From contig NC_043002.1 in assembly GCF_006345805.1 (NCBI RefSeq), positions 86,800,001-86,864,000 of the forward strand: DNA of 64,000 nucleotides, read 5' to 3'. The notes under the pieces are model-generated. The model did not search any database. It was given only the letters and a program-made list of their open reading frames with translations, and was not told where the DNA came from. Source of the stretch: Octopus sinensis (lineage: Eukaryota). Below, piece by piece: positions 10,983-23,900 of the stretch (its first letter is position 1; the number at the start of each line of letters is the position of its first letter). A program made the position numbers and the translations under genes.

Positions 10983-12134
10983 GTATGTCGTTTATATTCG
11001 ATATACATACCGATAACTTACAACTTTAATATATAGTATGTAGAGTGTTTCTGTTTTAATCTAACGAGTACCTTGTTTTTTTTTTTTTTTTTCATGATAA
11101 CCGTGCAAGATAACGACACATTCACGTATAGACTCTAATATCTGCCACCCCCGTTTTTTTTCTTTCTATCTCAATATTTACGCTTTTGCACACTCAACAC
11201 ACATATACACTCACTTCTATGTATACACAAACCGATATACATACGTTGGACCGGATTGATAAACAGACTATAGAAAGAAGCCTTAATTATACACGATACG
11301 GAACAAGTTTTTTTCTATCTCCAACTAGTCTTTGTTTCTCCCCCTTTTTAAAAACAAAGTAAGTAGTCCTAAAATAAATGTCTTTTGTATTTGAATTGTT
11401 GAGGGTAAACGAAGAAGTGTAAGGGAGGTGGGGTGGGAAATAATGTCGAGTTATATATCAAGACAACTGAAACAAAAATGTGATTCTTGCACAAGTTAAA
11501 TGGTTTTTATAAACGTTCATTAACATGCAGTTTTTTTTTCTGTTGAGATAATCGAAATCGGAGAAAATTTACATAATTAATAATACTTTAAAAAAAATTG
11601 TTTGCTTAATATATTTAGAATTACAGGTTGATTTAACGAAAGGGAAAAAAAAAAGCCCGACAGCTATCTATCAATAGATTTAAGAGTATGGTGTATGCTC
11701 CACTATCACGACTTCCTCTCCAACTGCTATTGGGTTAGAATTACATCATAACATCGCGTTTTTAAAGCACTAATATATATATATATAAATATATATATAT
11801 GTGTGTGTGTGTGATTTAGTGTGTGGTGCAGATATTTACCACTAAGCATACTATTTCTTTCTGCCTGAATAATTTCCAACACTTTTCTATCCCAACATAA
11901 TGTCTCTTCATTGGTCCGGACCGTTATTTTTGATATGTAATCGCTGTTGATTTCTTTCTTTCTTTCTCTTTTTTTTTTTAGCTGTGGTTGTATTATTTAT
12001 TTTCCGTGTTTTTTGGTTTATATATTAAAAAAAAAAAAAGTAGTCAACAATCCTGTAATGTTTCTATATGATAGGTCCATTGGTATCCTCTGAAAACTTT
12101 AATCCGTGCTGCTGTATATGTATATATGAGTGTG

Positions 12135-12170
<36 letters not shown>

Positions 12171-14299
12171 ATGGCATTTGCTAGAAAAAGTGATATGGAG
12201 GATAAATAATGTAAATGCCACCTTAAGTGGAATGATATCTAAAGATATTTTAAATATATTTCAGGTGATAACAGATTAATATTTTTAAAAAAAAGTAAAC
12301 AAAAACTTGCTTCAGTTTCTAAATATACAATAAATAAAGTGGAAACGTTAAAAAACTGATTCGTCACTTTTAAGTAAGAGGAGCAGCAAGCAGCATCCTG
12401 TTGTCGGTATCTGATTGTTGTTTGTATATGCAGACACCATCAGGAGTAGAATCTTGTGGAATAAGGTGAGAAAGTCGTTTCAAACTTGTATACCATTTTC
12501 TTAAATTTGAAAAAAAAAAAAAAATAATCTTATATATCTAGCCCCCACTTCCTTACAATAATCTCATTGTTTCTCCTGTTTTATTTTATATTCACATAAT
12601 CTGACTCAAGGTGTTATATATTGATTTGCTGTTTGGAGTAAATGACTGGTATATCTTTGCCTACCCCCCCCCACCGATATCTTTGACTGCACCGAGAGAA
12701 TAAGACATCGAGTCGAGAGGAAACTAGTTCTAAAGATAGCTTACCTTCATTGCACCTACCTAATTAACTCCCTTTACACATTCTCATGTGCTGTTCTTTC
12801 ATACTCATACATACGCATATAGATACATCTGCGTACACACGTATATTATATATACACACACACGACATTTCATTTTTTTTCCCCTGTAGTTTTTCAGTTG
12901 CAATGCAGAAGAAACATATATTTATTTGTCCTAATTAATTAGTAAATGTGTAATCGTCTAAATCGATGTTTAAATTCTTCCCACCCACTTCTAAATAGTT
13001 ATATAAAATTTACTTTTGGTACTATTTGCCGCCCTTTCGAAAGTGGAACAATGTAAATTGTATGTGTGTGTAAAGGGGGGGGGGTAAAAATAAAGTAAAC
13101 TCCTTTCCATTGCCGGATGTTTATAGGTTAAACAAAGACTTTTAGTAAAACAGTCTTTTCTTATATCTAAAACAAATGCCTTTCGCTAGGTTATTAACTA
13201 TTTCTTAAAACTTAAATTTATGTCATACTTGAAACGTAATCCACACTACAGATTTGTTTTTCGCCCTTACCTGAATGACACAACCTGTACCAACTTGTAG
13301 GAACTATTCCAGTTTTTCTCGAACTGTTTGCTCTCAATTAAGTTTTAACGACCAGTTGTCATATAGTGGAAAAGTCAGGGAGTCTCTTGTATCAGGAACT
13401 ACTTAGTACTTACCCTGTACCCTTTAATCATTACCGTCCTCAAATCCATAGCCAATTAACATCTAATATAAATTTAGAACATTTAGTAATTACAAGACCT
13501 ACAGAACTTCGAAATCTACTCCATAGTTTTTTTTGTATTTCTTTCTATTTTAGATCTTCGGCGTATGTTAGTGAAAGAAAGAATAGTTCTCATCCCGATC
13601 GATCTCTTTCTTTGCCCTCTAGTTGTCAAAAGGCTTCAAAGTCCATTTTGAGCTTCCATTGTTGAAACTTCAAATATCGTTATGTTGTAAGCTTTGATCT
13701 TGTTCTTTGGAAGTCAAAATTGTAGGTAGATTGCTGTAAAATGAGTCAATATTCTAAGGCGATTCGTCGATATGTTCGTATAAATATGATAGTCACATGT
13801 TTATTGTGGATAATATGTTAATCGAATCAATACTGTAATGCTCAAGAAATTAAATAGAAACTTCCCCAAGTTGCATGATTGTCGAACAAAATTGTAATGT
13901 TGAATAATTAACAAAAAGAATAAACACCATTTCCTTGTGATATATAACAAATGGTGGTTTATAAAATCTGAAATTTCGTTTTCACAAATGGATGCACACG
14001 CTTCGGGAATTTCAAAAAGGTCAACGGTTGTTTAGCCCCATACTTGCTCTGATTGAGCAGATTCGGATCGAAAGCGTTTCTGCAATAACTAATCTCTCTT
14101 TGTGTTTCTAGGTTTATATTGTCTAATGTCCTTTTTTTAAAAGACAGTATCTGTGTGATTTGATGGAAATTTGACAGTTATTTCTAACGGATAGTCTCCT
14201 ATCTTGATTATTTAAGGATGAAATGTTAAAAATATAATTGTTTTGAATTAAGTTTCTGGTTTAAGGTCTGTGTTCAGATCCTTGTTTGACTATGATTTA

Positions 14300-16450
14300 A
14301 AAAGGGGGAGGAGTGCATTTGTTTCTAGTGATAAAATGGGTTGGTATAGATTGCTCTTTCCTACATATGAAAAACCACACGCGTCCTATCGTTCTTATCA
14401 CGTAACCCTTATCTATAATCAATTTCTGCTGTCTGGGTTACGTTCTCTACTTCAAACTACTCTGAAAGGTGTTTTTTGTGCTATCACTGCCACTGACTTA
14501 ACTCACCTTGATGTCAGCAACAAATACCTGCAGTTACTCTGTTCGAAGTTCCCCTCCCCTGATATTTCAAATACATCCACTTTGATTACCACTTTCTGAA
14601 CTTATTGCATCACCAACAAATCTTCAACCATGTCCCTTTTTGAAGTCATTGGTCCTTAATGACTTAAAATCCTTACACCTCTTTATTGGCTCTGACACTC
14701 ATCCTTTACTGATGTTACCAGTGCAGAAACCAAATCTTTTACACCCTTAACCCTTTTACATCAATTAGTCTCTTTCCCTACAAACTTACCACACAGACAT
14801 TCCAAACGTCTTTGATCACTTTTGTACCAAACAGTCACCATTTATGCTTCTGCTGCTTCATCTGACCATAGCCAAATCTCAACCATACACTCAGTACATC
14901 ACCTCCCTAACTTTGACACTCAGAATCAGCTAAATTGGTCAAAGTTGCCTTCACCAGTTCGTGAACCTATGAAAAGCCGTTCTCATAATTGTGTTCCTCT
15001 ACATCCTGTACATAACAAAACTCAGTTCAACTCAGATGGTTTATACATTATTCTACTGAAATATTTTATTATCTGGGGAGAGTCATTCTGTTTTAATGCC
15101 TTATTAACACACCAGTTTGATTTCCACTCATTTACTTATTTTTTCTAAAATTTTTGTTGCTTCTTGCAACTTTTTCAATAGTTGTTGACTGTACATTATC
15201 TGAGCTGAGCAAAAAACAAGACCTTTGACCCTTGGGATAAAATCACCCCTTGCTATAAACTGCCTGGCTCACATTCAACACTACAACTCATGTAAGACAC
15301 ATCTGAACTCACTCTGTCCATTGCCCTGTTCTCAAGCTCTTAGGCATCTCCATCTGAAACTGGTCCTTTGGTCCCTTGCCAGAAAAGCAGCTTGTTCAAT
15401 GTAATGTTGATCTCAGTATCAGCAAAGCTTTCAACTATGTCTGATATGCAAATCTGTCAACACTACCTATGGTCTCCATCCATCTCCTAGTAGCTTCTTG
15501 TCAGATTGTATTATTGTGCTGACTGTATTGATGAAAGTCTTTCAACACTGGTATAAGCCAGTTTTTTTTTTTCTCACTATATCACTCTCCCTATATATCA
15601 GACATACTTGCCAACAAGGCCACTCCTATGTTGATGATAGACTCTTTGTACTTTCCTGACTTTCTGCATCCAAGCATCATCCATATGCAACCTAGACATC
15701 TTATCAAATCCATGAATAGACCAAGAAACATCCTCCAGTGATTTGTTTTGTATGGTCTTTCTCACACCCCCATTATTAAATTTGTGATCCAGTTGATATA
15801 CACTACACCAGCTTTATGCATTGTTCATGTTCTGAGATGGAAGTGACCAGACAGAATAACATAATGTGGTCTGTCTTACTGTAACATAAAGCTATAGTGG
15901 ATGTTCTCAACACAGTTTAAAATGCTGCCCAAGACATTCCAGCTAACTTCTTGATTTTCTCTTAATTTTTGTGTAGTGTTTTCTAGATAATCTGAATGTT
16001 GAGGTTCTGTTGAGTACGACTATGGAAGTATTTCAGAGTGTTTCCTGGGCTGTATTTGCAGGATTTGCTTGGTTTGCTAATGGGTTCTTAACCAACAACA
16101 AAAGGACACTATTGTAACACATGTAAAAACGTTGTTGCACTTTCCTCCCTTAAACATACAACATGCATCTAGAGCTTTCAGGATCACTTCAAGTACTATG
16201 CTTCATTATCATTAAGATTCTCTTGGTGACCACACGTCCTGAACTTAGCAAAGACTAGCTTTTCTTTTCAGAGACAGAAGATAATTCATCTCCCAACATC
16301 ATCTAATCCTTTGTAATGATCAAGTAAAACCCACATTGTCGATGGTCCAAACACTCTCCAACCACTAATCTACAGATGTGCTATCTCCTCTCTTTGCCTT
16401 GCATAGAGCTACTACAGTAACTTCTACTTCTCACAGCTTCACCCTGGCAC
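14300..16450 (+). mobile_element. Very old CR1/L2-like LINE remnant
   Basis: Scattered motifs: KGVFCAI.. (endonuclease-like) in ORF 14270-14599, ISKAFNYV at about 15417-15440 and GHSYVDD at about 15620-15640. Many stops and frameshifts. Confidence 0.45.
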
Positions 16451-19400
16451 TTCTATCCTACTCTTCTCTTATAACCTGTATTATGTAAAATTACCCCTTC
16501 CTTAAGCCCTGCACTAAACATTACACTCAAAATGTTAGCCTTCTGAAATTCTTTTTGTCCACATGCCTTTCTTGCAGTCATCAGTTTGCAAAAGTTTAAG
16601 TAGACTCCTGACAGCATCAGTTGCACTGGTTTTGGAGGGCCTGCAAATGCCATGGGCACAGTCCCTTCTTCTAGTCCAATTTATAAAAAAAAATAAAGTA
16701 TGCTTGTTTATGATGCTGGATTGATGTCTACTATCTAATTAAAATGTTTGTTCAGCTGATAACATTTCTACCATATTTCAGCATGTTACCTCTTCAACAT
16801 TTACTCATTATTTAAGTTTGATCTGTCATTTGAATAATAATAAAACTGATCTATATTGATCACATCCCAATTAATAGCGTTGTTTCAACTATCCAGTGTT
16901 CTTTACAATCCACTTTTCCCCTACTCTTTTCTAAAAAGATATCCAATACTGTTCAATCTACTATTCATATCTAGTTAAGAGAAAATGATTTTATAGAAGT
17001 CTTGCGAAAGTGGACATAAGTGTTGAGTCTGCACACCAATTGTCACAGGTCAAAGTTTGGCTTTAATGAATTCATGTTAAAACATCAGGTTGCTTCTAAT
17101 ATAATTGCTCCATTTTTTTTTGTAATATATTATAGAAAAAACAGTTCAAGCTTCTATTTAGTAGCAAAAGCGATAATGAATATTTTAATCTTTTAATTGT
17201 CCAAAAGAACTGGTGGGATGAGTGGTATATGTTAGTTGAATAGTTGAGAAATCCTGGCTAAAATTTGGTGTCACTTTAAAGTTTGGTTTAGTTTTAAAAC
17301 AATGAAATAGAGATTTTTGTTGGTATTACTACCAAATTTATGTAATAAACAGTAAAAACTATATAGTAACTAAAATCAGTCTCAAAAGTCGCAAGTAGTA
17401 TCTTGGATTTTGTCCAATATATTAGAGGTTAGACTTGCTACAGTATGAAGATTGAAATTTCTGTTTGATTTGAGATTTAAAGTGACTAACTGATGTGTTA
17501 AATCTCAATTTCAGTAGGAAATAGTGTGAATGTTTGAGTGAAATCTAATGTTTTACTTTATCAGTGATTAATTAGGTTTTTAAAATTTACAGTTGCAGGC
17601 TTGGGTTTAATGGCAAAAGAATTTGTTTCTGAATTTTCATAATTGTGTTCATTTTTATTTATTTTGTACATATGAGCTAGGTTTATTTTTTTAAAACTTG
17701 GATTAGAAGTATTTGGCTTAAATAATCTAATCAAATCTACTGACTCCCTGTAACTCCACAGCTCAAAAATTCCATATCAGCATTTGCAATATTGTGCCTA
17801 TATCTACAGATTGCAATGTAAAATTGCTCCAATATATTTAGTTTATATTTGGGACCTGGAAAACATAAATTGCCATAAAGCAGTTAAGAGATGGAAATAT
17901 GATTGCTGGTTTGATCATTAGTTACTTATTGAACAAAATAGCAAAATTGGATAAAATTTTCAGGATTAATATTAATCAGCATGGAATAGTATGGTGAAAC
18001 CTGCTACATCCTAATCCACAATGGAAATAAAATCTAAACATAACTTTGTTTGCATATAGACCAGTTGGACCAACAGAAAGCCTTACATAACCACATGGTC
18101 TGCTAAAGATAGTCAAATATGTCTGAAAAAGAACAGTGAATGATGTAGTTTTTACATGTTCTATGTCTGAAATAAAAATGATTGTCATGGTTAGAGCTGC
18201 TCTAAACACAGGTCTGTTTAATCAGGATTGACCTCTGTCCAAAGAATATAAACCACACAAGACTATTTAAGCACTCTTCTGAGTTTGAATAAAAATATTG
18301 AAAGATCAGTAACATTAAGACTTCATGAAAGTACTTGCTGTTGAACAGTGAGAATAAATTCAGCTTTGAATATCAATACTAGCCAATTATAAAATACTTA
18401 GGTTGATTAGTTGTAGACATGGATTATAAAGTTATCTACTACAATATCATTTGCCCTAAGGTAACTTGAAAAATTTCAGGTTATATTAAGTAGGTGAAGA
18501 TTTAACTGTGCACTTAAAGATTTCAGATGCTATTTGATTTCTTGACTGAATAAGTGGTTTACTGTGTTAACTAGAAAGGAATATAACAAGTTGAATACAG
18601 GTAACTAGAGTAGTGCCTGGGGTTGAGGTTATTGATACCTATTGCAGTCAAACATAGCTATTGTCTTAAGTATGATGATTTAGAATAAATGTGAAGGTAA
18701 TCTACTCCACTAGTTCACATACACTACTATGTTCAACCACTAGAATCATTCTGTCAGAGAAATTGTTCCCAAATAATAACTTTGATAATTTGAAGTAGGT
18801 TAGGTCTTCAGTCTACAGAATAAATTTTAATTAACTAGATTAGCTGCACGTTTTCAACATTGTGGAATATACAAGAAAGGTCTCCTATCTTGTAAATTAG
18901 CAAATGATCTCTCTTGTAGCTATAAATTATTCTAATTTTCTTTTCTCTGGAATTCTTTACATTTTGTGATTGTGAGTATGTCTAACATCATTGGATTGAA
19001 TAAGAGTACTTATTTTTTATGCTTAGCTGTTCATATATTTGGGGAAAATATAAAATAAATGAAATGGCATGCTAGTGTGGAAAAATTATGCTACCTTGGA
19101 TAAGGTTTTTTGTTTTTATTTTTACAGTGGGATATTTAGTCATGATCAAGCATATTCTTTTACTAGGTATTCACATCTACCTGTGACAAATCATTGATAT
19201 AATTATCAAGATGTCATGGTAAACATAGTTGAGGACAACTCTGTAAACAGCTTGTCGAATTAATCAAAAACTATGAAGCACATAACCAAATGTCTTCAGC
19301 TATAGGATTTTGTTCATTTTTATTTTAGAGAAGAAAAATTGAAGTTTGTTTGATTGCTCAAATTAAAATTCATTTGAATGATATTCCTTAGATTACTGCA

Positions 19401-20684
19401 AATACAAAGTTCGAGTGAGGCTTACAAAGGAATACTGTTCTCATATATGGGATAGTATTTTTTTCTGTCACCAGCTGTTCAAGAGTAATATTATTTATGG
19501 CATCAATCTCTTCAGTCTGAGAGGGTCTGCAAGGACTATGGTCACAGCCTCCTCTATGCTGAACATTCTAACCTGCATTGAAGTAAAGGCCACCTGATTG
19601 ATTGGCATGGAGTTGTTTAGCAGCACACTCCAACCTTTGACCCACAGAAAAAGAATGCTTTTATGTAAATAAATGATTGCATTTTCCTATCTCCCCTTGA
19701 GGAAACCCAATGTTAAATACTTAAAAAGTGCCACTAGCAAGTCAGTACTTGCCAGCAGCAGATAAAATTATGATTAGGTCCATATATCCTTTTGTATATA
19801 TTTACATACATTTATTGTAAGACAGTGTAGATCAGGCAGAATCATTAGAGCATTGGGCAATTTCTTTTGTGGTAATTTGTTCATCTTTTACATTCTGTGC
19901 TTCATGAAATATAGTACCAGCCCAGGATGTTGAATTTTCAGAATGGGATAAAATGCCTTGTGGTATTTGTTCCAGCTTTTTGTTCGTATTTTACATGTGG
20001 TGACACTGATGCCGAGCCCTATCAGCCCTTGTGTTTGTTCCCTTGAACAACATCAGCAGTGTACAGAGAGGAGAGCACTTGCTGTATAGGCAATTGCTGC
20101 CAGTCTTTAATAAGTCTTACTTAGATCTGTGCTCTGAATAGGAACTTTCCAAGTGTAGCTATAAAGGCAATTTCTGATTGATTTAGATCTTAGATTGTAC
20201 AGCAGCAGTAGAAATTAACTGCTTGTTCAAAGCTAGTTTTGATTCTCAGTTGAATTCCCTTCACATATGTTGTTTCTTATTCTGTAGTTGCATAAATGCG
20301 ATTTTGTGTTTGTATAAAATTTATGCATGGCTCTCCACTTTCATTTACAATATCTCTTATATTTAGTATCGGTATATATAGTAGCTTTAATTGTTGCATG
20401 TCATTACAGATTATGAAGGGTTGAATGTATATTTGTTGCTTGCATTGAATTTGATTTATATTCAGATATGTATGTACAGCTGAGATTATTGTCAGTTTTA
20501 TTCTGCAATTGTCATTTGCCTTACCATTTAGTTGAAATAAACAAATGAGCAATGTTAAATCAGAAGTTTTTCTGAAAGCTAATTTGCTTTCTTTGAATAA
20601 GAGTTACTAATGGAAGAGTTTAAGGAATTTGATTGTATCCTAGAAATGTGAATGTAAGGTAGAGTGTATGTGTGTGTGTATATA

Positions 20685-20915
20685 TCATCATCATCGTTTA
20701 ACGTCCGCTTTCCATGCTAACATGGGCTGGCGAACCAGATGACTGCACCAGACTCCAATCTTGATCTGGCAGAGTTTCTACAGCTGGATGCCCTTCCTAA
20801 TGTCAACCACTCCGAGAGTGTAGTGGGTGCTTTTTACGTGCCACTGGCACGGGGGCCAGTCATGTGGTACTGGCAACGACCTCGCTCGAATCTTTTTACA
20901 TGTGCCACTGGCGCG
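20685..20915 (-). mobile_element. RTE 3' tail copy
   Basis: (CAT)n-CGTTTAACGTCCGCTTTCCATGC...GGATGCCCTTCCTAATG; flanked by TA/TG repeats, with (TA)n at 20923-20966. Confidence 0.85.
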
Positions 20916-20920
20916 ATGTT

Positions 20921-20968
<48 letters not shown>

Positions 20969-23900
20969 CATTCTAGATAGTTGAATAATTATCTGTACTA
21001 ATCAATTGTTTCAAAACCATGCATAAGACTTCATGACAGAAATAAGTTTGACTACTATGTTTTCTATATAAAACTGCATTTAAAAAAAATTCCAGAATCC
21101 ATGAAAAATGTCTTAATTCCCGTTCCTCAGAAATGTTGGAATTTTATGAAGTATTTGTGTAAATTTGTGAAGCAAATACTGGAGCCAGTTAATGTGCCAG
21201 TCAAAAGGTCAACCAACAGCTCGTGTATTTAGTACGCAGGATGCTCCCCTGAGATTCTTCCCCTCATCTTCTTTGTGGATTTAAATACATATTTAGTCAT
21301 AGCTCTCTACGAATGGATAGGTGTTTCATAAGCTTGTAGATTCAAATTGCTAATTGAGCTCCTGGAGAAGGATATAAAGGAAAGTATTATGTATAAAATA
21401 CACAAAAGAATTGTCTACTTATTCTTAAATGGAAACAGTCAATTTAGATTACATTTCTCAGTGGATTTGCCAATATTTTAGGCTTTTCTACACACTAGAA
21501 CTAGTATCATTTGCCAATCTTTGTTTAAAAAATTATGTTCTCAGTAACTACAGAGGACACAGCCATTGTGACCTATTAAATCTGTTCATGTAAAAGATTA
21601 TATGAGACAAGTTATGATTCTTTAATTGTTTAAAAGTTTGTAATTTCATGTTGCTTCGATATTCTGTAGTTTGATAAGAATTAATCTTCACTATTCAGCT
21701 GATCAATTATTCTCATAATTAGTAAACAATAGTTATTTAAATTTAATTGAATTATGGAAGCTGAAGTTATCCAAACGTTCAGTTTAGATATTGAAGTTGA
21801 GTTTCTGTCTATGATATAAATTAGAGCTACTTTATAAAATCCAGCTTTTTTTTAGGAGGTAGAATTGTGTGTATGCATGTACAGGCTTTGAAGATGAATA
21901 GGCAACCAAATATTGATCCTTTTTTAATTGTTTAATTTTTTTTTTGTTCTTTATCATTTTGCATATCATTTACAAATGGCCATACATCTGTTTTACTTGT
22001 ATTTTACCATGCAAGTCAGTAATGTATATTGTATATTTTAGTTTCATTGGTTCTGTTAGTTCATAGCTTGTTGTGTAGTTTTGACATTTTGTTGAACTAT
22101 AAATTTAAGCTAAAGGCTAACTGTACTAACATCACCCACTCCAATAAGACCCCATCAAGTTTTGTGTTCTCTGCCTTTTCTCATGAGGATAAAAATGATA
22201 AAATGAGTGAAAACTATCTTACAAACAAACGTTGCTTTACAGTCTTTATACTAAAAAACAAAAAAATCATGTTCTCTTTATAAAAGCCAATTAAAATCGC
22301 ATATACATGGCCAATTCTCTTGTAACTTAAAACAGGATCAATGAATTTAATTAAATTTTATTGTTGTAATTGTATCTTGCAACATTTGGTTGTGTGGCTT
22401 CAATCATCATTTGTGCAGTTGGTCAATACTAGGATAAAACATTTGGGACAACCCATAAGCTGAATACTCTTGATGTGCTGTGTATTGGTTTTCTTATAGC
22501 CCATATGAATACAACATATCAGCTTTACTAAGATTCAAGGTTATAACTATGAGCTACTAAATTTATCAGTTTACCTACTCTAGTTTATTCACTATCAAGC
22601 CACACTTCTGGAAACAATTTCTATAGCAGTTAAACATTTAGCTACAGCACTGGTGAATCTTCATCAACAGGAAGCATGGTTCAGCAAAAGAAACTGATCT
22701 TCATTAAATTAACTACCTCACAAATAGATTGAAATAATGAAACTAAGTGTAGAAACAGCTAATTAATTTGGTAAATTAAATGTTTGCTGTTTTTTCTTCT
22801 TCTTTTAATGTATTAAAATTTTCTCTGATTTTGTTTTTAAAGAGTTTACAAATGTTCTTAATGCTCTTATTTTGATCTGGTTTTCTTACATTAAAGAAAA
22901 TCCAGATCACTCAGGCTCATAATCTGAGAAGGAAAGAAAATATATCACATAAATGAGTTTAATTTTTAGATCTGTGTATATGAAATAGGTGAAAACCCAG
23001 AGTAAATTAAATTGTATAGTGGGTTTTGTTTTTCTTTTTTGTATGAGTAATAATCTTGTATTATATAGTATGATAGTTTGCTACTAAGTAATTTTGAAGA
23101 GATTTGAAAACTGGCAAAGAGAAAAGATAGATTTTTTTTTTTACAATAAACATACTGATGAATTTAGGGGAAAATATTTGTTGGTCTAAAATGTTTTTCA
23201 TTTAAAAAAAAGCTTAGATTCTTTTGTTCATACTTTCGGTGATATTTAACTGTTATTGACACTATTGCTCAGCCAGTTCTTTTGGTCTCATGTTTGATGT
23301 TACTAGTTGATTGTTGTCCATATTTGTTAATCTTGTTATTTCTTTCATGTTTTTTCCCCCTATTATTAGTCGCCATCCCATAATGATTTTTACCCAATGT
23401 TTGTCACTTTACAAATATCTTCTGCCTACATCAGTTTTTTTAATATTTTATTTACAGTGGTAAGAATATTGCTTATCCATCTTCATCTCTTCATTCTTTG
23501 TTTTCTGTTTTTGTAAATTATACCAAGCATAGATCTACTTTGTGTTAGTATGCTGTCAGTTTCTTCTTTGCCTCTGCTATTAGGGTCCACATTTCTGATT
23601 TGGAAATGACTGTTGGTGTTATACATTGTTTTAGGTTTTTTTCTTTTAAGGCAAACTGCGGTTTGATTTTATAGTGACAATGTGCTTGTTGAAAGTGGCC
23701 CAAACTAACATTAATTTCCTTTATTTCTTTCATAAGATAAGTATATATATTTTTCAATTTGTATTTCATCCTTCTCCACTGTAATCACTTTCAGTGTCAC
23801 CTTGTCATTTATGATTTTGTTTTGCTTGTGTTCAAATTTCAATGCATTGGTCTTGCTTGGAGCACATCATTTCTCTCATTCTTTTTAGTCTCTTCCAGAC

